Source: a virus
Lineage: Duplodnaviria > Caudoviricetes
Length of the DNA stretch: 64,000 nucleotides
Reading direction: 5' to 3' (one strand)
IMG/VR virus record: IMGVR_UViG_3300042567_001420
Shown one piece after another: positions 10,344-20,297 of the stretch; position 1 is the first letter of the stretch; each line of letters opens with the position of its first letter. Under the pieces are notes generated by a model that worked only from the letters and a program-made list of their open reading frames with translations, did not search any database and had not been told where the DNA came from. Made by a program: the position numbers and the translations under genes.

Positions 10344-10715
10344 TTAGCTTATATCCTCATAACTGCAAGTTACGTGAAGAACATTTCCAGTATCTGCAGT
10401 TGCCCCTAAACTTGTATTTTCTTCCAAGTAATATTGACTGCTTTTATCTATAACATTTAATGTACTGTTTCCAGGAACCGTTGTCCGGCCAACAATATTA
10501 AATGCATTGCCACTCAAGCTAGCTGCAGAATAATAACTTATTGTTACATTTGCAGACGTTGAAGTGTAATTTGAAACGTTCAATACATTTATCTTTAAAC
10601 ATTTGCCAGAACTAGCGGCATTGTTTAGTATAGAAGTTGCAGTTATAGTTGTTAAGTTTGCTCCCGCTGTTTTACCATTGATTATTGTTGCGCCGATTAT
10701 GTTTGGTGCTGCCAT
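10344..10715 (-). CDS. Small virion protein following a fibre gene
   Basis: 123 aa beta-rich MAAPNII..., directly downstream of the 1787-aa fibre. Confidence 0.65.
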   Translation of the reverse strand: MAAPNIIGATIINGKTAGANLTTITATSILNNAASSGKCLKINVLNVSNYTSTSANVTISYYSAASLSGNAFNIVGRTTVPGNSTLNVIDKSSQYYLEENTSLGATADTGNVLHVTCSYEDIS

Positions 10716-10716
10716 G

Positions 10717-13700
10717 TTATCCTCCGAATATTAATGAATAGCCCACTGCTGCAGCTGCGCTTCCGCCTGCGCCTCCGCTACCAACAGTAGTCCAACCTGA
10801 TGAAGTGTATACAACCAACGCGTTTGCGGTTGTGTTATAAACTGTATCGCCTTGTAATGCAGTTGCTAAAGCATTAGTATTAGAATAATTTGCAAATCTT
10901 ATTGGCGTTGAAGCCTGTACTCTGCCGGTCGATTGTGGCGATAATAAAATATTACCAGATGTTGATATTGTTAAATCACCAAATCCATTAATAATTCCTG
11001 CAGTATTGCCAGAACTTAATGTTACAACAGATGAATTTGCACCTGTTGCAAGAATAATATTTCCGCCGGATGTAATATTAACATTACCCGCGGAGAAAAT
11101 TGTTCCACCAGCTGCGCCTGTACCATTGGCATAGAATGCGTTTGCTATTACGTTACCGGTGTTAATGTTGCCGGTATAAGTTATTAGGAACGCGGCAACA
11201 TTGGCATTGGCAAATTGACTACCTTGTGGGTTTGCTGCAAGATAAGCAATAACATTTGAAACAACTCTTGCATTTGTATAATATAAGTTACCACTTGAAG
11301 CAAGTTCTGCAACATTGGCAGTTGTTAAATTAGCCTGCGTAACTGACCCACCGGCTGATATACCAGTAACCGTTCCTCTAAATGTTATCGGACTGTTGAC
11401 AAAAATGTTACCGCCAGCCAAATTCAAATTACCTGTAGCACTTAACAATAAGTTACTAGATGTCGATAATTCTGCAGAGCCTGTACCTGTAGCAATAAAT
11501 GTATTTGCAATTATGTTTCCGCTTGCAAGAACATTTGAAGCTGTTAAATTAATGGTATTATTTTGAGCAATAATGTTCAAATTACCGGTTGAATTTAATG
11601 TGCCGGACGTTGCTGAAGGTGAAATAACTGTGTTAGCTATAACATTACCTGCGGAAATATTACCGGTATATGTTGTTAAGAATGCACTCACATTTGCATT
11701 ACTATAACTTCCGCTTGTAGGATTTGTTAATAGATATGCTGCAACATTGGCATTACCATATGTACCGCCTTGTGGGTTTGCCGCAAGATAAGCAATAACA
11801 TTTGAAACAACTCTTGCATTGGTGTAATATAGGTTGTTTAATTCTGTTACATTTGCCGTTGTTAAATTAGCCTGAGTAACCGATGCACTTGCAATACCCG
11901 TAACCGTTCCTCTGAATGTTATAGGGCTATTGACAAAAATGTTACCACCTGCCAAATTTAAATTGCCGGTCGCGCTTAATAACAAATTGCTTGAAGTTGA
12001 AAGTTCTGCGGAACCTGTACCTGTAGCAGTGAATGTGTTAGCAACAATATTGCCAGATGCAAGAACAGTATTTGCAGTTAAATTAATTGTGTCACCGGAA
12101 ACAATGTTCAAATTACCAGTTGAATTTAATGTGCCAGATGTTGCAAACGGTGAAATAACTGTGTTAGCAATAACATTGCCAGCATTAATATTGCCGGTAT
12201 ATGTTGTCAGGAATGCGCCGACATTAGCATTACCAAAATTACTTATTATTGGATTTGCCGTTAAATAAGCAGTAACATTAGATAACACACGAGCATTTGT
12301 GTAATATAAATTGCCACTTGCGGCATTTTCATTTACATTTGCAGTGTTTAAATTAGCAGTTAATGCATAAGATGATAGTACTCCAATAACATTAGAATAA
12401 ACTCTTGCATTTGTGTAGTATAGATTTGAACCTTCAGCAATACTAGAAGTCGTTAAGGTTAACCCTGTTAATCCTCCTCTTAATACCAGATTACCATTAA
12501 CAAAAACATTTGGAGCAGTTAAGTTCAAATTACCGGCTGCACTTAATAATAAATTACTTGTGGATACTATTTCACCGGAACCTGCACCTGCTGATATAAA
12601 TGTATTTGCAACAATGTTGCCTGATACCAATACGTTGGGCGTGGTTAAATTAATTGTACCCACCGCAGTAATATTTAAATTGCCAGTAGATGTTAGTGTA
12701 GCTGATGTTGCCGTAGGAGAAACAAAGCTGTTAGAAATTATATTTCCTGCAGAAAGATTGCCCGTATATGTTGTTAAGAATGAAGCAACATTGGCATTAC
12801 TAAATGATGAAGATGCTGTAGGAGCAGCCCAGAATAAATTGCCTGTGCCATTTGTTTGCAGTATATACCCGGTCACCCCATCGGTCTTTGGCCATGCTTG
12901 CCCATCTAATATAATTCTACCTGTGCCGTTTGCAACCAATTCTATGTTGGAATTTCCGGTAGTTGATATAGATAGAACACCCACGTTGTCTATTATGCCG
13001 CCGGTTAAAATTAAGTTACCTGCAGCAATGTTACCAGTGTATGTTGGCAATGCCGCTTCAATATTTGATAATACTCGAGCATTGGTATAATATAAGTTTG
13101 AACCTTCGGCAATGCTTGATGTTGTTAGTGTTAATCCAGTTATTCCGCCTCTTAGTACTAAATTGCCGTTAACAAAAACATTCGATGATGTTAAGTTAAG
13201 ATTACCGGCTGCACTTAATAACAAGTTACTTGTGGATGCAACTTCGCCTGAGCCTGCACCGGTCGATATAAAATTATTTGCTACAACATTACCTGACACC
13301 AATACGTTTGGTGTTGTTAAATTAATTGTTCCGGCCGCAGTAATATTCAAATTACCCGTTGATGTCAATGTTGCTGAAGTTGCGGTTGGCGATACAAAAC
13401 TATTGGCAATTACATTACCGGCACTTAGATTGCCAGTATAAGTTGTTAAGAAAGAACTCACATTGGCATTGCCAAAACTAACAGTCGCAGGATTTGCTGC
13501 TAAATATGCAATAACATTTGATACTACTCTGGCATTGGTATAATATAAGTTTGAACCTTCAGCAATGTTTGAAGTAGACAATGCTGATAATGCGCTTATA
13601 ACATTAGAGTAAACTCTTGCATTCGTGTAGTATAAGTTTGAACCTTCAGCAATGCTTGATGTTGTTAAAGTTAAGCCTGACAGAGCACCTCGTAATACTA

Positions 13701-16080
13701 AATTGCCATTAACAAATACATTTGAAGATGTTAAGTTTAAATTACCAGCTGCGCTTAATAATATATTGCTTGTGGATGTAAGTTCTGCAGAGCCTGAGCC
13801 GGTTGCAATAAATGTATTTGCTACAATATTGCCTGACACCAACACATTGGTTGTTGTTAAATTAATTGCACCTGCCGCAGTAATATTCAAATTGCCGGTA
13901 GATGTTATTGTTGCCGCTATTGCAGTAGGTGACAGAATTGTATTTGCAATTACATTACCTGCACTAATGTTACCGGTGTATGTTGTTAGGAATGAAGCAA
14001 CATTGGCATTGGCAAATGATGATGCAGGTGCTGCCCAAAATAAGTTGCCTGTACCATTTGTTTGTAGTACATAACCATTAATGCCATCGGTATGTGGCCA
14101 TGCCTGCCCATCTAATAAAATTCTGCCATTACCTGCCGCAGATAATTCTATGTTGGAATTTGAAGTGGTTGCAATTGTCAATACACCAACATTATCTATT
14201 ATTCCACCTGTCAATATTAAATTACCTGCAGCAAGATTGCCGGTGTATGTTGATAGGAATGATGCAACATTGGCGTTACTAAAACTACCACTTACCGGAT
14301 TTGCCGCAAGGTAAGCAGTAATATTTGATAAAACTCTGGCATTGGTATAGAAAATGCTATTGCCGGATTCAATTACGTTGGCCGTATATAGATTCAACCA
14401 AGTTGTTGCAGAAATATTACCCGCACTAATTAAATTGGCGCCTGTAAACGAACCACCGGAACCACTGCCTGTTATAATGTTATTGGCAACAATATTGCCC
14501 GATGCAATAACATTCGGAGATGTCAAATTAATTGCACCTAACGCAGTAATATTCAAATTACCTGTTGATGTTATTGTTGCAGCTATTGCTGTAGGTGAAA
14601 TAATTGTATTGGCAATAACATTGCCTGCAGTAATATTACCGGTGTATGTTGTTAGAAACGCACCTACATTTGCGTTACCATATGTACTAATTGCGGGATT
14701 TGCTGCCAAATATGCAATAACATTTGATACTACTCTGGCGTTGGTGTAATATAAATTGTTTAATTCCGCAACATTGGCTGTGGTTAAATCTACTACATTG
14801 GCTTTTAATCTTAAATTAGACTCAACTTGAGCATTAACTCTGGCATTTGTATAGAATAGATTGTTTGTACCTTCAGTAATACCATTTGTATTGCCTGAGA
14901 ATGATGATGCACCTACTCCCGTTAGAGAAGAACCATCACCAAAGAATTTTGTTGCGATTACATTACCAGATGCAATAACATTGCCGGAATTTAATGTAAT
15001 ATTTCCAGTGCCCGTGATATTAACATTACCGGTAGAAGATAATGTAGCAGAGCCTGTACCTACTGATATAAATGTATTTGCAATTAAATTACCGCTTGCA
15101 ATAACATTTGTGGAATTGATATTGACTGCACCTGCGGCAGTCATTGTAATGTTTCCAGTAGATGTAATCAACCCAGCAGATGCGCTTGCTGATATAAATC
15201 CATTTGCTATTACATTACCAGTAACATTTAGATTGCCTGTGATATTATTAACATTTACGGAAACGCCAGTCAAATTAGCAGAGATTTGACCATTAGCAGC
15301 GATAATAATGTTATTACCCTGTAATGACGGCATTAATGCTATAACATTGGATGCTACTCTGGCATTTGTATAGTATAAATTATTACCTTCAGCAACATTG
15401 GCAGTTGTTAAATCAACTACATTGGCCTTGGCAGCCAATAATGATACCACATTGGCAAAAACTCTGGCATTGGTAAAATAAAGATTACTTGCAGATTCTG
15501 TTACATTTGCAGTAAAAATTCCAGAATAACTATTTGCTGTTAAAGGTCCGTTAACAACAATACTTGATCCAGTTAAAGTAACGACGCCGGTTGCGGATAT
15601 TGATACGTTGCCGGTGGATGATAATAATCCAGAGCCTGGGCCGGTTGATATAAAAGTGTTGGCAATAACATTGCCAGTTGCGATAACATTTGTAGAGTTG
15701 ATATTGACTGCACCCGCAGCAGTCATGGTGATGTTGCCAGAGGATGAAATTAAGCCAGCAGAAGCACTTGTGGAAACGAAACCATTGGCAATTACATTGC
15801 CGCTAACATTCAAGTTGCCAGTAACAGAAGAAACACTTACCGCAGACAGGTTTGCTGAAATAAGACCATTTGCTGCAATAGAGATATTATCGCCGGCAAC
15901 AAGAGCGCCGATTGCCCTGGCGTTACTGAAATATACATTACCAGAACTTGTGTTTCCCGATTCAATAACATTACCGGTAAATATACTTTGGAAGGAAACA
16001 TTGCCGGTGTTGGCACCCAGCAATTGGCCGTTACTTCCTCCATTTCCACTGATTAAACTTACATCTATTTTGCGAGCCAT
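10717..16080 (-). CDS. Giant tail-fibre-like repeat protein (1787 aa)
   Basis: Many TTANVxExxNLYYTNARV repeats, GNV/NIT beta-turn repeats, phage fibre motif WPxxDGxxGYxLQTNGTGNLFW present twice. Confidence 0.8.
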   Translation of the reverse strand: MARKIDVSLISGNGGSNGQLLGANTGNVSFQSIFTGNVIESGNTSSGNVYFSNARAIGALVAGDNISIAANGLISANLSAVSVSSVTGNLNVSGNVIANGFVSTSASAGLISSSGNITMTAAGAVNINSTNVIATGNVIANTFISTGPGSGLLSSTGNVSISATGVVTLTGSSIVVNGPLTANSYSGIFTANVTESASNLYFTNARVFANVVSLLAAKANVVDLTTANVAEGNNLYYTNARVASNVIALMPSLQGNNIIIAANGQISANLTGVSVNVNNITGNLNVTGNVIANGFISASASAGLITSTGNITMTAAGAVNINSTNVIASGNLIANTFISVGTGSATLSSTGNVNITGTGNITLNSGNVIASGNVIATKFFGDGSSLTGVGASSFSGNTNGITEGTNNLFYTNARVNAQVESNLRLKANVVDLTTANVAELNNLYYTNARVVSNVIAYLAANPAISTYGNANVGAFLTTYTGNITAGNVIANTIISPTAIAATITSTGNLNITALGAINLTSPNVIASGNIVANNIITGSGSGGSFTGANLISAGNISATTWLNLYTANVIESGNSIFYTNARVLSNITAYLAANPVSGSFSNANVASFLSTYTGNLAAGNLILTGGIIDNVGVLTIATTSNSNIELSAAGNGRILLDGQAWPHTDGINGYVLQTNGTGNLFWAAPASSFANANVASFLTTYTGNISAGNVIANTILSPTAIAATITSTGNLNITAAGAINLTTTNVLVSGNIVANTFIATGSGSAELTSTSNILLSAAGNLNLTSSNVFVNGNLVLRGALSGLTLTTSSIAEGSNLYYTNARVYSNVISALSALSTSNIAEGSNLYYTNARVVSNVIAYLAANPATVSFGNANVSSFLTTYTGNLSAGNVIANSFVSPTATSATLTSTGNLNITAAGTINLTTPNVLVSGNVVANNFISTGAGSGEVASTSNLLLSAAGNLNLTSSNVFVNGNLVLRGGITGLTLTTSSIAEGSNLYYTNARVLSNIEAALPTYTGNIAAGNLILTGGIIDNVGVLSISTTGNSNIELVANGTGRIILDGQAWPKTDGVTGYILQTNGTGNLFWAAPTASSSFSNANVASFLTTYTGNLSAGNIISNSFVSPTATSATLTSTGNLNITAVGTINLTTPNVLVSGNIVANTFISAGAGSGEIVSTSNLLLSAAGNLNLTAPNVFVNGNLVLRGGLTGLTLTTSSIAEGSNLYYTNARVYSNVIGVLSSYALTANLNTANVNENAASGNLYYTNARVLSNVTAYLTANPIISNFGNANVGAFLTTYTGNINAGNVIANTVISPFATSGTLNSTGNLNIVSGDTINLTANTVLASGNIVANTFTATGTGSAELSTSSNLLLSATGNLNLAGGNIFVNSPITFRGTVTGIASASVTQANLTTANVTELNNLYYTNARVVSNVIAYLAANPQGGTYGNANVAAYLLTNPTSGSYSNANVSAFLTTYTGNISAGNVIANTVISPSATSGTLNSTGNLNIIAQNNTINLTASNVLASGNIIANTFIATGTGSAELSTSSNLLLSATGNLNLAGGNIFVNSPITFRGTVTGISAGGSVTQANLTTANVAELASSGNLYYTNARVVSNVIAYLAANPQGSQFANANVAAFLITYTGNINTGNVIANAFYANGTGAAGGTIFSAGNVNITSGGNIILATGANSSVVTLSSGNTAGIINGFGDLTISTSGNILLSPQSTGRVQASTPIRFANYSNTNALATALQGDTVYNTTANALVVYTSSGWTTVGSGGAGGSAAAAVGYSLIFGG

Positions 16081-16133
16081 CTCTTGACCTTTTTATTGTT
16101 ATCTACTATATTTATTGCCAACGATTATTCTAC

Positions 16134-17126
16134 TTAAAACGTAATGGATCCTGAACTGGTCCATTGATATATTCTATATCCGCCGGATACTATTACGTTA
16201 GGTGACCCTGTTGTACTTGTTGCTGATGAAAATGTATCTGCATAGCGGATGATTACAGTACCAGAACCTCCGGAACCAGCTATACCAGTTGTCCATCCTA
16301 AACCTCCACCACCACCGCCGGTATTTACGTTGCCAGATGTTGCACTTGCTGTTCCACTAGCCGCCATAACGCCTGCACCACCACCTCCGGAACCACCATT
16401 TCCAGCAGTAGAGCCACCTTCACCGCCACCGCCACCGCCACCAGCATAATAAGTTGCAGTCCCGGTAATAGAACTAACTGCACCAATGCCGCCATTGCCA
16501 CCTGTTCCCGGAGAAGTACCATTTCCGTTTGCACCGACACCTCCCGCTCCGCCACCGCCACCAGCAACATAAATTGTATTAGGACTAGTTCCGCGTGTTC
16601 CCGAACCACCATTATTACCTTGTCCTGCAGTACCTGTTCCACCAGCAATAGTTGTAAAAGAAGCAGCAGAAGAACCACCGCCACCAGAACCGCCATTAGC
16701 GCCAACTGAAACATATGCGCCACCACCGCCGCCGCCTATTGCTGTTACCGTAGTAAATCCAGAACCAGATATACTTGAGTTAGCACCAGAAGCGGCTCGA
16801 TTATTTGTTTGAGTTTGTGTTCCTTGTATTCCAACACCACCTGCGCCAACTGTTATTGTGTATGTAACACTAACGGCTACGTTTGCCGTATTAGTTAGTA
16901 ATCCACCTGCTCCGCCGCCGCCTCCGTCTGCTGAACCTCCTGCTCCTCCGCCAGCAACTACTAGATATTCTACCGTTGAAGTTGGAACAGGTGGCGGGGG
17001 CGGTTCTCCTGCAACTAAAATATTAACACTGACTTTTTGTCTTGCAATGGCACGAAAATTGTTCGCAGATGCAGAAAACTTTTGTGTAGTACTAACTTTT
17101 GCAGCACTATACTTCCGTAAGGTCAT
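16134..17126 (-). CDS. Glycine-rich phage virion/adhesin-like protein
   Basis: PPPPP hinge then TVEYLVVAGGG; conserved C-terminus ...SGGYRIYQWTSSGSITF. Confidence 0.8.
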   Translation of the reverse strand: MTLRKYSAAKVSTTQKFSASANNFRAIARQKVSVNILVAGEPPPPPVPTSTVEYLVVAGGGAGGSADGGGGGAGGLLTNTANVAVSVTYTITVGAGGVGIQGTQTQTNNRAASGANSSISGSGFTTVTAIGGGGGGAYVSVGANGGSGGGGSSAASFTTIAGGTGTAGQGNNGGSGTRGTSPNTIYVAGGGGGAGGVGANGNGTSPGTGGNGGIGAVSSITGTATYYAGGGGGGGEGGSTAGNGGSGGGGAGVMAASGTASATSGNVNTGGGGGGLGWTTGIAGSGGSGTVIIRYADTFSSATSTTGSPNVIVSGGYRIYQWTSSGSITF

Positions 17127-17455
17127 TAGGTAACCTCAGTGCCGAACAGATTAAAACTAATATTTGTGGTATTTGCATATACTGTTACAACGTCTGTGGC
17201 AGCCAATGTTACACCGATTGTTAGCGATATTGAATCCAAAGCAGGAACAGTTGCATCAAAGGCAATATAATGTTTGTTTGCCAGCGTTTCACCTGCAGGT
17301 CTTACTGCAATGCGATATGCTGCTGCACTGGCATTTTGATTACAAACTGATATTGTAGAAGTAACTGCACTTGTGCCCGACGGAACAGTATACAGTGTAT
17401 TTGCTGTACCTGCTGAAGGACTGATCTGTCCCAATACTTTATATGTTATCGCCAT
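17126..17455 (-). CDS. Small virion protein (MAITYKVLGQ family)
   Basis: Clear paralog of 19958-20287 (KVLGQ, RPAGETLA.KHY, ITLAATDVVTV). Confidence 0.75.
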   Translation of the reverse strand: MAITYKVLGQISPSAGTANTLYTVPSGTSAVTSTISVCNQNASAAAYRIAVRPAGETLANKHYIAFDATVPALDSISLTIGVTLAATDVVTVYANTTNISFNLFGTEVT

Positions 17456-17464
17456 TTTTATCTC

Positions 17465-17824
17465 TTATTCTGTTGTTGTAACAACTTCTACCCAATTTTG
17501 AACTTCTTCGTTCCATGCATAAATTTTATCATCATCTGGTTTTGCTATAGGTGCTTCCCATAAGCAAGTATTTTCATTTAATACCCAAGAATTAAATGGT
17601 GTTGGTGGTATAAATGCATCTCTTGTTGCATCATACCTATAACCAATACCAGCATAATTTTTTCGTAATGGAGTACCCCCATTGATGTGAACGCCTGCAT
17701 GAGTGTTATAGCTTGTTTGTACCCAGCTTGCGGGATCACCAAACAAACCAGTATCAATTACATCTTGCTCGACAACGATAACCTGTGTAACGATACCGTT
17801 TTCTACTTTTGCGAAATGGCTCAT
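17465..17824 (-). CDS. Conserved phage protein, companion of Gly-rich fibres
   Basis: MSHFAKVENGIVTQVIV...QTSYN...RKNYAGIGY...WEAP; function unknown. Confidence 0.65.
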   Translation of the reverse strand: MSHFAKVENGIVTQVIVVEQDVIDTGLFGDPASWVQTSYNTHAGVHINGGTPLRKNYAGIGYRYDATRDAFIPPTPFNSWVLNENTCLWEAPIAKPDDDKIYAWNEEVQNWVEVVTTTE

Positions 17825-17854
17825 TTTAAAAAACTCCTATTTTCCTGTTATTTA

Positions 17855-18814
17855 TCAGAATGTTATTGAACCGGATGAGGTAAATTGATATATTCTATAT
17901 CCGCCAGATACTGTTACGTTAGGTGAACCTGTTGTAGCTGTTGCTGCATTATATGTATCTGCATAGCGAAGGATTACAATTCCAGAACCACCAGCACCGC
18001 CAGAAAATCTTGATCCTGAATAAGCACCGCCACCACCACCCCCACCTCCAGAATTAGTGCCGCCGGCGCCACCGGCGCCACCGGTTGTTCCACTTGCTCC
18101 TCCGTTACTTCCGCCTGCACCGGATAATCCTGAACCAGAAGAACCTCCCCCACCTCCCCCCCCACCGCCGCCGCCGCCAGCAGAAAGTCTATAACCGCTA
18201 CCGCCACCGCCGCCAGCATAATATGTTGCAGTTCCGGAAATATCAGTTGATGTACCGGAACCGCCGGTACCGCCAGTAGGGGATGCACTTGCAGGCCCCG
18301 CATTACCTCCAACAGTATTAGAGCCACCTCCACCTCCACCAGCACCATCGATAGAACCATTTAATCCACCTCCACCATTATTGCCTTGACTAGGTGATGT
18401 TGATGGCGTGTTTCCTGCACCGCCTGTTGTTGGTATAGTAGGAGATAAACCGTAACCTGTACCACCACCGGATCCACCAGAAGCGCCATTTAATCCAACT
18501 GAGGTAGTTCCATAACCCCCGCCAGTTGAGGTAATATCTCCAAATACAGAATTTGATCCCGAAATACCGTTGCCTCCGCCAGAGCCACCGGACCCACCAC
18601 CGCCAACGGTAACAGTAATAGCAGAACCAGATGTTACAGAGTAACCAGCCGCAGTTCTGTACCCACCAGCACCGCCACCGCCACCATCAGAGCCACCACC
18701 ACCTCCACCAGCAACTACTAGATATTCAACTGTTGGGGTAGGAGAAGGAGGAGGCGGAGTAATTGTTAGGGCTACCCCTGATCCGATTGAGATACCATTG
18801 AATGAAATTGCCAT
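17855..18814 (-). CDS. Glycine-rich phage virion/adhesin-like protein
   Basis: TVEYLVVAGGGGGG, long poly-Gly run, conserved C-terminus. Confidence 0.8.
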   Translation of the reverse strand: MAISFNGISIGSGVALTITPPPPSPTPTVEYLVVAGGGGGGSDGGGGGAGGYRTAAGYSVTSGSAITVTVGGGGSGGSGGGNGISGSNSVFGDITSTGGGYGTTSVGLNGASGGSGGGTGYGLSPTIPTTGGAGNTPSTSPSQGNNGGGGLNGSIDGAGGGGGGSNTVGGNAGPASASPTGGTGGSGTSTDISGTATYYAGGGGGSGYRLSAGGGGGGGGGGGGSSGSGLSGAGGSNGGASGTTGGAGGAGGTNSGGGGGGGGAYSGSRFSGGAGGSGIVILRYADTYNAATATTGSPNVTVSGGYRIYQFTSSGSITF

Positions 18815-18829
18815 TTTTTTACTTTTAAT

Positions 18830-19948
18830 TTATGACGAGATTGCAGTTGAATGTCTATATCCTGCAGAAACATTCAACCAATTAGTTAAAGCACCAATTT
18901 GTACTGGACTAGATCTATTTGTGGTATTACCTTGACCTAATTGACCGTAGCTATTACCGCCCCATGACCACAGTGTACCGTCGGTTTTAACTGCCGTAGT
19001 ATGGAATTGTCCCGCATCAATTTTTGACCAAGTAGTCAATGCTCCAACTTGTACAGGGCTAAATATATCAGTAGTATTACCTAAACCCAATCGGCCTGTC
19101 TCGCCTGAACCCCAAGCCCATAATGTACCATCTGTTTTAATGGCTACATTATGCTGATATGCTGCTTCTATAATTGACCAATTGGTCAACGCACCAACTT
19201 GTGCTGGACTAGAACCACCGCCCGATCCTCCATCTTGTCCTGCATTGTTTCTACCCCAAGCCCACAATGTACCATTGGTTTTAATGGCAATCGTATGATG
19301 GTCTCCGCTAGTACAGCGCAACCAATTATTTAATGCGCCAACTTGCACAGGACTAGATCTATAAAATGTATTGCCCTGGCCCAACTGCCCATAAAAATTA
19401 TTTCCCCATGACCACAGGGTACCATCGGTTTTTACGGCAAACGACGATGAACCGCCGGTGCCAATACTCGCCCACGTGGTTAATGCGCCAACTTGTTTGG
19501 GACTTGAATATGCTGTAGTATTACCGAAGCCAAGTTGTCCCGAGCCATTGGTTCCCCATGCCCACATGGTGCCATCTGTTTTTATAGCCAAACTATGCTC
19601 GCGGCCGCTGGCCAGACTACTCCAACCGGTTAATGCGCCAACTTGTACTGGACTAGATCTTGCGGTTGTAGTATTATCCCCCAATTGTCCACTGGCGTTA
19701 TTACCCCAACTCCATAATGTACCATCTGTTTTTATAGCTGTATTATGATACCCACCGCCAGCAACACTTAACCAATTACCCAGGGCACCAATTTGCGTGG
19801 GGCTCGATCTATTTGTGGTATCTCCCACGCCCAATCTCCCGTGGTAATTTACTCCCCATGACCATAAGTAAAATTCTGGTGGCGGAGGCAGATCAGGTGT
19901 CTCGTATGAAAATGTTCCACCAAATGTTAGATTTTGAAATGTGATCAT
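18830..19948 (-). CDS. RCC1-repeat protein
   Basis: Short N-terminus, PPPP hinge, about 7 RCC1 repeats. Confidence 0.9.
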   Translation of the reverse strand: MITFQNLTFGGTFSYETPDLPPPPEFYLWSWGVNYHGRLGVGDTTNRSSPTQIGALGNWLSVAGGGYHNTAIKTDGTLWSWGNNASGQLGDNTTTARSSPVQVGALTGWSSLASGREHSLAIKTDGTMWAWGTNGSGQLGFGNTTAYSSPKQVGALTTWASIGTGGSSSFAVKTDGTLWSWGNNFYGQLGQGNTFYRSSPVQVGALNNWLRCTSGDHHTIAIKTNGTLWAWGRNNAGQDGGSGGGSSPAQVGALTNWSIIEAAYQHNVAIKTDGTLWAWGSGETGRLGLGNTTDIFSPVQVGALTTWSKIDAGQFHTTAVKTDGTLWSWGGNSYGQLGQGNTTNRSSPVQIGALTNWLNVSAGYRHSTAISS

Positions 19949-19957
19949 GTTTTTATA

Positions 19958-20287
19958 TTACTTATTCTCTGATCCAAATACGCTGAAACTAACATTGGAT
20001 GTATTTGCAGAAACTGTTACCACATCCGTTGCAGCTAAAGTTATACCAGCAGTAATGCCCAATGATTCATTTCCGGCAAGTGAAGTATTGAATGAGAAAT
20101 AATGTTTGGAAGCCAGGGTCTCGCCAGCGGGTCTTATGGCAATACTAAATGTTGCAGACGAGGTTGAATAGTTGCAAACATTTAGAGTAGATATTACTGC
20201 ACTGGTATCAGAGGGAACCGAATACAATGTGGTATTTGTATTCCCTGCTGGATTTGATTGACCAAGAACTTTAAATTGTAAAGCCAT
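19958..20287 (-). CDS. Small virion protein (MALQFKVLGQ family)
   Basis: Paralog of 17126-17455; follows the 1582-aa fibre. Confidence 0.75.
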   Translation of the reverse strand: MALQFKVLGQSNPAGNTNTTLYSVPSDTSAVISTLNVCNYSTSSATFSIAIRPAGETLASKHYFSFNTSLAGNESLGITAGITLAATDVVTVSANTSNVSFSVFGSENK

Positions 20288-20297
20288 ATTTTTATTC

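Noticed and set aside
1-19948. Diversity-generating retroelement acting on RCC1 or Gly-rich genes
   Set aside because: There is no reverse transcriptase in the window, and the differences I compared between copies are not adenine-specific.
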